From Orbicella franksi (lineage: Eukaryota), in the NCBI GenBank assembly GCA_964199315.1, contig OZ116699.1:29450001-29514000 (forward strand): a DNA stretch of 64,000 nucleotides, given 5' to 3'. Under the pieces are notes generated by a model. The model saw only the letters and a program-made list of their open reading frames with translations, did not search any database and was not told the origin of the DNA. Numbering within the stretch: position 1 is the stretch's first letter; each line of letters opens with the position of its first letter. The position numbers and the translations under genes are program-made. Shown in pieces: positions 1-12,500 of this stretch.

Positions 1-84
1 TAGTTGCAATATCAATATAATTTCTTTTGCATGGCTTTCCCGTATGTTGTTGTCTTTACGGATCAACAGAGAAATTATCCTTAC

Positions 85-513
85 CTCACAATTCTAAATC
101 GACGTTTAAAACGCATCACAAGGCGCCTTCCTCGCCTGTAAATCTTTCTAAATCGCCTTCTAAACCATACACGCATGACGCAGCCACGTCTTACGCGCCT
201 TCCTCTTCGCCTTCGCCGACGCCGTCGTCTCATTCTTCTCTTTCTCCGGCGTGATCTTCTTCGTCTTCGCCTTCGTCTTCTTCTTCGTATGGTTCTACGT
301 GTCCTCGGTCTTCTCAGAAGCCCTTTGTATTTTATTCGGAATCTGCCGCGTACTATACGCACTGGCCACATTTTATTTCTGAATCGGATACGAGGTTTTC
401 CGCGGTAATATCGCAGTAATCGCCAGCGCCGACCAAAGCGGAACTTTATTGGCCTTCTGCTCAACCATCGCCATCTCTTGCCATAGCGAATTCCAATCCT
501 GGAATTGCGGTAC
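85..513 (-). CDS. E49 phase-2 repeat exon (gene continues left of window)
   Basis: 429 nt, TTATTAG|G ... AG|GTAAGG; ends in a half-module like the other phase-2 exons. Confidence 0.88.
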
Positions 514-3500
514 CTAATAAATAAAGACGTAAGACGTCAACGGAAGAAGCATTTCGTAATGAATTCTGAAAGTGCCCTGACACTTTTGTGCTTGGACCCT
601 CACCATTTCCGGGTAATTTTGCCCGTGTCCCGCAATTCGATTCAGTATGTTTGAGTAGATTTAACCTATTGTTGTCTGCCGTCGGCCTGTCGTCTGGAAA
701 CTGCCTCGTAAGGTCAATGGAGTTCACTACTAGACTACAATTTTTCAATTTTTTAACAATTAAAAAAAATACCAAGACGTCTCAAACGCCATTAAGTGAC
801 CTAGTTTGTACTAAACGCATATTTCACAAAAGCTATATAAATTACTTCAAAAGGGTGTGTTGTTATATATATTGATAGATTCTTGCATTGTTTCACTGTC
901 TCCAATCTAATAAAAAAGACCAATCACCGTGGATTACTTTTTATTCTACTGACGTTTTTACTTTTGCTAATTTTCCTCTCCAATTATGACAAGTTAAATC
1001 ATTGTGATGTCATACCTTATTCTTCTCCATGCACCCCTGATTCGAGCTCTTAGGTATCTACCTCGGCGGTAAGCTGGGATCCACCTTCGGCCATATTTAA
1101 AATGAAGAACGTTGCGTCGTCTTATTCGTCGCTGACGGCGTCGGTATCGACGACGCCGACGTCTCACTCGCCGCCTTCGTCGTCGTCTTCGTCTCCGTCT
1201 CCATTTCTTTCGCCGTCTTGGTCGTCGTGGCTTTCTCCTGATTACTCTCCAGCGCCGACCGTAGCGTATCATGAGCCGTCCTCCCGTTAATCTGAACGGT
1301 CTGTACCGCCGTCTAAACCGAAGAACAAGCCTTCCACGACGTCTTACGATATAGCGCCAACCAAAACCCACGCGGACCTTGAAACGCCGTGTGATTCGAC
1401 GTATTATGCGGCTTTTTCCTTTGTACGTTACTCGGAAGTATCGTCCTCTAAGATATCTGATTGAAATTCAAATAAAATAGAGTCAGAACAGAACTTTCAA
1501 TATCCTGCTGTCCGACGTGGAGGACGCAAACACAACTCCCGGAGCTCGAATAAATTAGAATAAATTAAATATATAAATTCCAGCAACTGGCAGTCCGGAC
1601 GTACAATGCTTAAGTCCTGCAGTTCAAGTCATTTGCCATTTTGTCATTTTTCTGTGCGCTATCTCATTTCTACCTACTTTTACTTTAACGCAAGAAGTGA
1701 ATATACAAGGATGGCTAGAATGTTCACTAACCACAATCTAAAAATTATGTACACGAAGTTATTGTTTCTCCCCCTGAACAATTCTCTACGATATTTTTAA
1801 GTGGCATTTCCTTTGTTGTAAATATCATTTTTCTCACCGGAAGGTTATCCATCGACGATGGTAACGCATCCTGTATCCACCCCGCCACCTCACAATCGGT
1901 CTCCAACTTCTGCGGTAATAGAAAAGAATCATAGGCCGCCTGCGTCGGCGTATGTAGCGCCGTCTACGTCTTCGACGTCGTCGTTGTAATCGTCGTCGCC
2001 AACGCTGTCGCCTTCTTCGTCCTCTCGCACGTCCATAACGCCCTCGTCTTCTTCTCGTCGGTCGCCTCCGTCGTGGTCTTGGTTTTGGTTTCGGCTTCGG
2101 TTTTACCGTTTCGTAATGGCTTGGGATAAGCATCTGTACTCGCCCGTGACGAATGGAAATCTTCATTAGTTTGCGGCCTATTCGAACGACTATCATTCGC
2201 CTCTTACGTATCAGACTCCTCCAGATGCGGTGGTAGAGTACTTGTACTCTACCCCTAAGTCTGGTCATCCTATGCCATCTTCTTCCAACACCGATGCTAA
2301 CAACACCACGACGACATCTGCAGGGTAATGAAACATTGCACTGACAAGTGAGCACCGAATTCTGTTATTACACTGCTCCCAATCAGCACATTTTGTTGAG
2401 AAGGAATTCAACCGGAAAAAAAGTACGATTCTAATTTGATTCACCAGCATTTTGGGGGGTAATGTAGTAAAATGCAATTCTATTTTATCCTTAGGCAAAT
2501 TTCACTTGTTGTATACTGGTTTAAGTATATAGTTCGTGAGACTCCCTCCTCGACAACTAAACTAGTTAGAAAAAACGCTGATAAAATATTGCAAAAAGTC
2601 AACCCTGAAAGCTTACAAAGGCTAAAACAGGCTCTCTCGTGTGGCTTGATTAATTAAAAGACCATTCCCAACAATTGAGTTAAATAGTGTTTATGCACAA
2701 AACAAGTTCTGACCATTTCAAGGGAAGATGAAGGATAAGAGATAAAATTTCCCTTACAAGCGTTACTAAGGAAGAAACCCTTCTCAAGATATATAAGACA
2801 TGGTACCCCGGCACTACTTCCACAGGTAGTCACCACGCGCGTTGCGTGGATGTTTTTGTGGAGGTATGAAAATATGTGCAAAACCCACGTGGACTGTCCA
2901 CGCAACAAACTCTGCGTAACAGGATTGGTTATTGCCAGACCCTCCTGGGATCTCGGAAACCGGGATTGACCTAAAAAAGGTCGGGAGATATGTTACCTTG
3001 GGAATAAGGCCTACAGGGGAAATGATCTATCTTGCACCTATCTTCCATTGTTCACGTTTAAAATGAGGACCTGCATGATAACCAGGTGAGGCTGATGTGG
3101 CTTCCTCTCCGAATATCGCGATTTATTTCAATTTATTTATTTATTTATTTCGTAAATGAACAGCTGCTAAACTCGTTTCAGCTTCGGTGCGGACAGGGTA
3201 TAAATGTGATATTCCAAGCAAAATCAATGAAACAAATAAAGATCTAGTAGTTGCATTCCTGAGTTAACATTACACTGCCAAGAAAAAGCTAGAAGAGTAA
3301 AAATTATTTTATATACCTTATTCTACCGTATCGGAATCTCAGTGAACGTCCAATTCGATAAGCTTTCATCCATCGCCCTCTGTAAAATATTCGAAGCACA
3401 CTTATGCGTCTTCGTTTCCAGCGTATTCTTCGTCTCCTTCCATATTTTCTTCTGCGTCTTCTCAATTGTCTTCGTCTAAATCGTCGCATTCGTCTGCGTA

Positions 3501-6500
3501 TCCTGGCTCTTCGTCTTCGTAACCTACGCCGTCGCCGCTGTCGCCTTTTTCGTCGCCGCATTCGTCGGATTCGCCTTCGTTGTCTTCGCCTTCGTCGTCG
3601 CAATCTCCTCCTTCGCCTTCGTACTCTCCTGCGCCGAGGGACTCTGCGAGACCGCCGTTTCACTCGGTACCAACGTCTTCCTCGATATATCTTAATGAAT
3701 CCCCTTTTAATACGAAGCATAAGCAATTTCCTACCATATCGCAGGCGGAATCTTCGTGATCTCACAATCACTTGTCGCCACCTGGAGCCGTACCTCACTC
3801 GAAGGCGTCTGCTTGGTCGGGATAGTCGAATCCATCTTCTGCGGAAAATGCTCACTTTTCCATAGCCAAATCTTGAAATTAAAAGCAACAGAAATTAGTC
3901 TCTGAACGGTTAAATTCAAACTACGAGTCACGCTCATTACATAAACAAATTAAATAGAATAAAAATTCTGGATTCAAGCATTGTATACATTGTTAAATAT
4001 TGTGTAAAGCTATAAGCTCTTTTATTCCGAGCTCCTAAATACCATCCACTTATCGCCTACAAAGATTTGTCAAGTTTGGGGACCGATAAATTGAAATCAT
4101 TAGTTACCTACTACCATTTGCAGAATCTACCAGTACTGCGCTGGAAAAATTTTCCTGAGCATATCAAGGATTCAAGAAGGGAAACCCTGTACGGTTAACG
4201 TTGAAAAACGTGCGTGACATGAATCATTGTAAAATATATCATTGTTATGTCAAAGATCTGTAGGTACGTTTTCTCTAGTAGAAACATAACTTGCTCTTGT
4301 TTTGCACTATCGATAGATAGCTCACTTCCTTTTTTACAATATACTATATACTACTGTCTCTGTAGGACCATTGCTTAACTTCGATTTCCCTGGCATGAAG
4401 TAATTAGGTGTACCGCAGCCAAGCGCAGGTTTTTTAAAAATTGTTTTATTCTGTCTCAAGCATCCTGAATCTACGAATTTGATTGGCTAATTACGCCGGG
4501 CAGTTTCTCACGAAACGGACTCTCGCATCCACTTAAAGAAACTTAGCGTTTGGTTCACTTTAAACTATAGAGTAAAGCCTTGGAGCCGACGGGCTCATAG
4601 CTGCCGGAGCTTATTCCGGTTTCTGTAGCATGAAGAGACTAGGAGTATTTCTACTCCCCCTGGACGGGATGCCGGTCCATCGCAGGTCACTCCCCCCCTA
4701 ATTTGTTGGATTTCCCCAACAATTCGCAGGTACCAAATTTTATACTCCTGGTTGGAGAGAGGCACTGTGAGAGTTAAGTGTCTTGCCCAAGGAAACAACA
4801 GTGTCCCCAGCCAGGGTTCGAACCCGTACCGCTCGATCCGGGGACGAGCGCACTAACCGAGAGGCCACCGCGCCTCCCCACTGTAAACTATGTAGCCTAT
4901 GTAAATGTAAAGAAACACAACGCACAAGTAAAAAGAGATGGGTTTGGACAAGTTATCAGAACGAAACGCATTAGTTCTCACTGTTAGTGAGTGCACGCTG
5001 GCATTTCAATACCTTTTAACCATGCTTATTTCTGCGATTTTAAATTCGTTCGCCACTAACTTTCGAAGTTTTGTCAAAAGAAAAAAAATATATAGAGACA
5101 TTATTTGTCAGCTTGGTCTGGTACGCATCGAGAAAAACTTTGTCCTTGGCCTTGAAACGGCCCTCGGCCACAAACCTTTTATCGATACGGACCTCGCGTC
5201 GGAAAACTTACAACTATTCCTTTTTCATCAGGTTAATTTGTTAAGGCCCGTTTACACAGGCGATATTTGTCGGGCCGTAACTACAAATTCAAAATCACGC
5301 GTGTCAACCAGCTGCGATTTCAGTGCGATTCTAATGCGATTTATTGCCCCGATATCGCAGGAGTTAAGAACGTGCTCGATTTTACGACGATTTCGTATTA
5401 CGAAATTGACAACCATGAACCACAAGGGGCCTCTCGGGAGGTCTTGTTGTCACGCAAGAGTTGAGTAAGGACAAAAAACACGAGCTCGAAACCGACTGTG
5501 AACATACAAGAGGAACTTCTAGTTGAGCTATGGCGAAAATGCCCTTGCTTACACCAAACAAATTCCAATGGTTACAAGAAGAGCGACAAAAGCGCTGCAG
5601 CTATGGTGGAAATTCAGAGAAGGCCACTTCGAGGAGGCTTGCATTGTTATGTCTTTTATTGAGCACTGAAGACCGCAGTGGCAATGCATGGACAAGCAGC
5701 AGCTAAGTCTTGCTTTACTTCCGTGCGCCCGTCCGCGCTATTTTAAATTTGCAATTTCGGCGCGACGATACGCGATAAAAATCGCCTGTGTAATTAGGGC
5801 GAAATGTAAACGGTGACGTCAGCAAAGATGGCCCTCTTGACAAAAAGGCAAGGTTGGTACGAATTTTTCTGCATTCTCAACATTTCAAACCGCAGAAAGA
5901 CGTTCAATCATTTATTGCAAACTTTTTTGTGGTTACGAATCTCGAGATTTGAAGACACTCAATTTACCTGACTACTATAAATCTTCGTCCCATTCGGAAA
6001 ACCATCCTGTTTCCTCTTCTGAAAGTACGTCTCCACCTTCTTGCGAAGTAGATTAGCGCTACGCTTCTGGCCAGTCGCCTACGGCGCCTTCGTCTGCGTC
6101 GTCTGCGCCTTCTTCTGCGTCTTCTTGTTCTTCTAGTTCGTCGCCTTCTCCTCCTGTGCCTTCTTCTCGCTCGTCGTAACTTTCGTCTCCGCCATCTTCG
6201 CCTTACCCTTTGTCGTTTCCTTCTTCTTCCCAGTCGTCTGAGGCGTCTTAATCGTCTCAGCCGTTTCAGTCGACCTAACCGTCGTCGCCTCCCCAACCAA
6301 AGCCGTCTTCTTCTCCTCGTCCTCCTCAAGTAACCTTTCCTTCGTCGCCGTCGTCGTCGTCTTCGTCTTCTTCGTCTAAAACGTAGCCTCAATCTTCCGC
6401 GGCGGACCGATACCTTTCTGTAACGTTGCTTTATACGTACCACAAATTTACGGCGTCTGTATAAAATTCGTCTCCACCGTCCGCGATAGCGCATCTTCAC

Positions 6501-9500
6501 ACGGTTTCTACGGCGAAGTTTAAACCATCTTCGCCTCTTCCATACACTCCAGCGGCCACGGCGACACCTGCACAAGAAGAAAGAGATACATAATTTGAAA
6601 ATTGTAATCTGATATGAGAGCAAAAGTTACTCTTAACACTTGGAATTTAAGATTTTCATTTAAGAAGCGAGCCAAATCAACATATAACGTCCGAATCAAA
6701 AAGCTACGGGCACACAAGCAACTAATTCACGCAAAAGGCATATCTGCTTGTACCACACCCATTAACTGACTATTAATTAAACACACAATCTGATTGGCCA
6801 CGTCTGTAACAAAAACTCATGTCACCCCCTCCTAATAATTAAAAAACTAGACCGCTCGATCTCGGTTTCTATCGGCTGACTGTTGGTGTGGGGAGGAACC
6901 CCGAGAAAGCTATCAAAGTCGATAGAAACTGAAAGGGAACTGCCTAACCGGCGGAGCATTCGGGAAAAGGTGGCTTTGGAGACATATGATTTGATTGGAT
7001 TGGCTTTCATGACTGACTCAGCGCTGGTTTCACAGAGGGAATTTGAAAGAGAAGTTTAACTCTGACTGGAGTGGTATTCATATGTTTCGTTATGGAGGAC
7101 TCCCCTAAAAATGTTTTCCGAAAGCCAGTGTTCAACTTCCTAAAGGTGATTTGGTCAAACGGTTTTCGTAAGTGATCAACCACCGGATATTTCGGAAAGG
7201 AAAACAGCGTTGAATTAGTGAATATCCACCGATCCCTTTTTTTGTCCCGTGCCAAGACCCCGCCGGCAACGAGAGACAGGTGGTTCTGAGGACGAGGATG
7301 CAGGCCTGGAAGGCGTATTTTCGGGGAAGGAAGACTTCACCAGAAATCTAATAAAAATTCATTTGTCAAGTACAAAAATTTGACGGGGCTTGTCCTTCTG
7401 TATGCGAGAACTCAAAACCTGGATAAGACTTCTCTTATGTAGACCTCTCATCTAATTAATGCGAACCTACTTTTAATAATATACAAGGATTCCCTTACCT
7501 GATCTTCAGAATTCCTTTCCTGGTTCGGAATCGCAAGTATCCCCTTCGTCGGAAGACTCTTCTCCATTTTCTACCATACCAAAATCGAACCTTGTATCTA
7601 CGACGTCTTCTTCCTCGCTTTCTTCCTCCTCTCCACAACTTTCTTTTTCGTCGTCGTCTCCTTATTCTGCGTCTTCTTTGTCGTCTGTACTTCCTTCTTA
7701 GCCTTCTTCTTCGCTGTCTCCTTCGTCTAAGATATCTTCGTCGTCGTCGTTTAGTTCTCCTGCGTCGTCTCCTTATTCTTCGTCGCCGCCTTCTTCTCCT
7801 TCGTATAATTCGCCTTCTTCTCCTTCTTCGATACCCTCGCTTTCGTCTTACAATTCTCTTCCACCCTCTCCTTAATTTAATCCTTACTCCTCCTCTTCGG
7901 ATCTTTATTCTACATCTTCGCCTGCCGTAGCGCACACGGAATGCACGCTTGTAGCGCACAACTGTTTTCCATCGCTTGTTGACCAGGACTCTTAATCGTC
8001 TACTGGGTCTCCTCAAATACCTCCACCTTCCGCGACGGCGCACATAGAGTTTGCCTCTGGTGCATCTTATAGGGGAAATGAAAACAACAAGTCAGGTCAT
8101 TTTACCCTAATATAGGGATAACAGCGAAATCCTGACCAAACCCTCTCCGAAGGTTCGACATATCTTCCGAAGCAAAGCAATAATGAGGAAAACAAGGAGT
8201 GCAATCATTAAAATTCACTGTACTAATGTAGAAAAAGTATCAACATCAACCTCACGATTCAGTCTAGGTAGGGGTCTAGGTAAGATACACGATTTATCGA
8301 CTTACTACTAAGTTAAAAATGGTAAGAATGTTATTTTGCGTCCACGCTACGGATCGTTAGCCTGTGAGACTAAATCAACGAGAAAACAAAACACAGAAAA
8401 ACAAACAAACAAGTACAAACATTGAATAAGGTCCAAAACATATCACATCCCAAACCTGATTCGTCTTGGCTTCTTCCTGAATCGGAAGTACAACTTTTGT
8501 CTCAGGCGGTAGACAGGTCTCCATCTTTTATTATACTTCAGCCGCAAGACACTGTAACGCTGTCGTCTTCGTCGACGGCGCCTTCTTCTTCTTGCCCTAC
8601 GTCTTCTCCTTCTTGTTCTTCTTCTGCGTCTTCGCCGTCTTCGCCTTCTTCTCCTAACCTTTCCTCTTCGTCTTCTATTTCTTCTGTATCTTCTACGCCT
8701 TCGTCGTCGTCTCCTCCTTCTTACTTTCCTATATTTTCTGCGACTTCGCCGATTAATTCGTCTTGTACGTCCGTACCTTCTCATTTTTCGTCCCCTCCTA
8801 CCCAATCGTCGCCCCTTCCATCTTCGCCACCGTCGCCTTTTAAGCGTTCTCCATATCTTGCCATACCTCATCTTAACACGTGAGCGAATTATTCTTATTT
8901 TTCTCCATCGTAAACCGAAGCGTATGCATAGTTTTCGTCTTATTATACGCGCATGTCTCCATTTCCTTCCTGCGTAGAACTTAAGCTGGCGCGCTGTTCT
9001 CCATCCTTTTCGGGATTTCGTTAGAACTCGCCCCCTGTTGAACCTGGTGAGGTTTACCGGGAAAAAAACTTTAGTAACAAAGCGACCCAATATTCTTTAT
9101 AGGGTGAGTGAGTGACTGAGTGAGTGATGAGTAGTGGATGGTCTACTATGCACCTGCAATATTTTTCGTAGGATTATCCGAGCATTATACTAAGATTGCA
9201 CACTATACCTTGCGCATACTGAAAGGTTTTTATCCTTGTTATTATTCTTCTCTTTCGATTTCCACTTGCAAAACTACACGTCTATATCATAGTTATTTAA
9301 ACTGCTCATACCTTATCCAAATCTTTCTTCTATTGAAACGGAACACTAGGCGCCCTCTTCGTCGGTACACCTTCCTCCATCTTCTGTAATATCTGATCTT
9401 CATTACACAGCCACGCCTTCTTCTGCGGCCTCGACGTCTTCTTCTGGGTCTGTATCGCCTCACTCGTTTCCTTCTTCTTCGTCGGTTTCGCCTCCTTCTT

Positions 9501-12500
9501 CGCCTTCGCCTTCGTTGTCTACTTCGTCTCCTTCGTCTCCTCCTTAGCCTCTCTCTACGCCTTCTTCGCCTCAACCTTCTTCTTCTTCGTCTGTGTCTTC
9601 GCCTTCTTCTTCTTCGTCGTCGTCTTCGCCTGGACACCCTTCGACGTCGATACCTAATCCTCTTCCATTTTTTATTCACTCGTACCGCCACTCTTCCATT
9701 CCTGTAGATTCTTATACGTCTGTACCTTCTCATGTAACGAATTTGGAATCCTGCACGAACCCCTCGCCATAGTCGTAGAAGCTTGATTTGAACGTTACGG
9801 AGTTTAATTGGCCTTCTTCTGTAGCGAAGTGTTATTGACTTGCGATGAATTCTAAAATAGAATGGAAAAACATTACATAGAGCACGTTGAGGTAAGAATA
9901 ATTGTCAATAATCAATCATGCTTTAGTGTTCGATTTTGAGGCAACTTTGACTGGCTGCTAAATGCGACAAAGTAATTCTATTTGAAACCAGCGCGAAGAC
10001 AACTCTTTACGGTCCAGAGACAAAAATCTTAATTTCAAACAAATAATTTTCGAGTTAACTCAATGACTAATGATTGCAAACACCGTGTGGATAAGGCAAC
10101 TCTGCAGTCAATTTTTACCTCAGTGGAAGATATTATTCCCACATTAACAACAGAACAAAAATAACTTCAAGCCTAGTGATAAAATAATCGTACACCCGTG
10201 TGCATGGCAAACGTCCATTCAAAGTTCCCGGGCTGAATTCAAATCATTTTTGCCCCTCTTTTGTTGCGCTGCAGGATCACATCAACGAAATTTGAATATC
10301 GTCTGCAGCCAATAAAAATTGTGTGTTCTAACGGCCAACATCCACGCGGCTCAAACGTGATTGGAGGGATAATAAACAAACTCAGATTCACATGGTCCAA
10401 ATTCGTGCTGTGACTGGATAAAAACTCTCAGGTGTATCTGTTTGAAGTCGTTACACTGTTATTATTTTGGGTTGAAAAAAATGGCAAATCAGAGGTTGCG
10501 AAGCTAATCACAGCGTTGGAAAAAATATCTACATAAGAGGGCGTTGGATAAGCTCCGGCTGTATGGACCACTTGGCCCGACGCAGAATTAACCTGGTACG
10601 ACACATAGGATAAATGTAATGGAAGCACCCCAAATATGAATCCCTAATATTTTGATATCGGTCCGTTTAGCTTATATTTCGTAGTAATCCGAGAAATACT
10701 AACGTACTTTCATTAGATGTCTCATAAGGACTGGGAACTACCGAATTCACGAATTTGATTGGCTGAAATTGATATTGAGCACGGTATAGATTTTCCCACC
10801 CAGACCGGCATCTAGACTGGTTACATTTTGCGGTGAAAAAGTTGCAAGCTAATATAAACGAATATTGACGATTTTCTTTCTAAAATATTATTGGAAGTGC
10901 CAAAAAGCCTGATGAGAAGAAAAACAGTAAAGAGAACGAGCAAACTTTGGCAGATTTAGGTTCAGCTCATCGCCGTTCTAAAGCAAAATCAGTCAGCTAG
11001 TACAAACCAGTTACATTAACCGAATTAAATTTTTATTATAACATAGCCCGCGCGCTGGTCCTATCTGATTCCTATTCAGCCATCATGAAAAAAATCTCCA
11101 TTTACGCACGGCCGTGCGTAAATAACATGACGTTTGCAGTTTTATTTTAGCTGCGGTACTTCCGTCGAGTTTAGCTGCGAGTTCCTTTTGTTAAAGTTTC
11201 GGCGATGTGAACATTATTCTGAACAATCATTCAATCCTGGCTTCTTGCAAACACTACTGGCTTCGAGACTTTGACTTTTGCTAAGCTGAGATGTTTACTA
11301 AAAGCTGCGCGTATATCGAGTTATGGATGCACTTGGGAAATTTGGAGAGCATTCAGGAAGTTAGAGTTGCGCCTCGAGCAACTCTTACACTTCTTGAGTG
11401 CTCTCCAAACTTCCCGCGTGCATACATAACACGATATACGCACGCTAAGCATGAACCGATTGTTTATTGTTTGCCATTTACTGTACATCTTATTAACCTG
11501 GTTTAGTCGGTCTGTATAGGAGAATCTTGACCTCTTTCGTGTGGACACACCTCACTGCGCTCGGTCAGTACTCACGAACTCAGTCAAGATTCTCCTATAC
11601 AGACCTCCCGCTCGGTTAATAACAGCTAATTATTACATCGCTAGCGCTGTGAGCGGGAAAGATAAACCGAATCCTGTGCTGTGATTGGCTACCCGAGCGG
11701 GCAAGATGGCGCTATCTTGCCCGCTCGGGATTACCCGCTGTGTCGAGCAAGAAATTAGTGAAATTTTTCCATATAATAGTTCCTTTATTGACTAAGCTTG
11801 TTCGATCAAGATGGATATAGGCCTCGTTCGTTTTGCCCAAATGAAAGAACTTGGCCATATCCAGCCATCTTGACCTCACGTTTGGTTAATAAACCATATA
11901 TCATCATTCTCTATAAGTCCTCGGCTTAAACGTAACCATCGAGTAGGTAACTGTACTTCTTTTAATTTTTCTTACCTGACTGGGTAACGTTTTCTTCTAA
12001 CACGGACAAAGAGTCGCCTCCTTCTCCTAGTCAAATATCTCCATTTCCTTCTGAAATATACTCGTATCCTACAGCGACGTCTTCGCCTTATTCGTCTTCG
12101 CCTTCGTCGTCTTCTTCTTCTCCTTCGCACGCGTCTCCTTCTTCTTTGTCGCCGCCGTCTTCTGCGCATTCTACGTTTGTATCTTCTTCTCTTCCTCAAC
12201 TTTCGTCTTCTCCATCTTGTTCGACGTCGACGTATTAGTCTGCGTCTACCTCCCCGTCTCCTGCGTCGACGCCTCGTAATCCTTCTCCATATTTTTCTGA
12301 GTTTTAGGTAAACCCTTCCTCGTCGCAGTCGAAGTTTGACGGTTCTTCTCCTGACCCGGATCCTCCAGCGTCGCCCGTACCGTTGTACACCTCGCCATCT
12401 TTTGTACACTCTAACTTTCAACCGTTTGGTGAAACGAAGTATCTTACGCCATCTTCCTCGTTTACTTCTTACATAAATGCTTCCTCTGCGGAATCTGGTC

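Noticed and set aside
81-83. In-frame TAA/TGA right after many exons (e.g. 81-83) as true stop codons of separate small protamine-like genes
   Set aside because: They are part of the AG|GTAA or |GTGA donor in phase 2. The ORFs lack their own starts, and each has an acceptor matching the previous donor.
461-775. 104-aa minus ORF overlapping the E49 acceptor; possible decayed or alternative exon
   Set aside because: Not Arg-rich, no recognisable motif, no in-phase donor, and it overlaps E49 out of frame.
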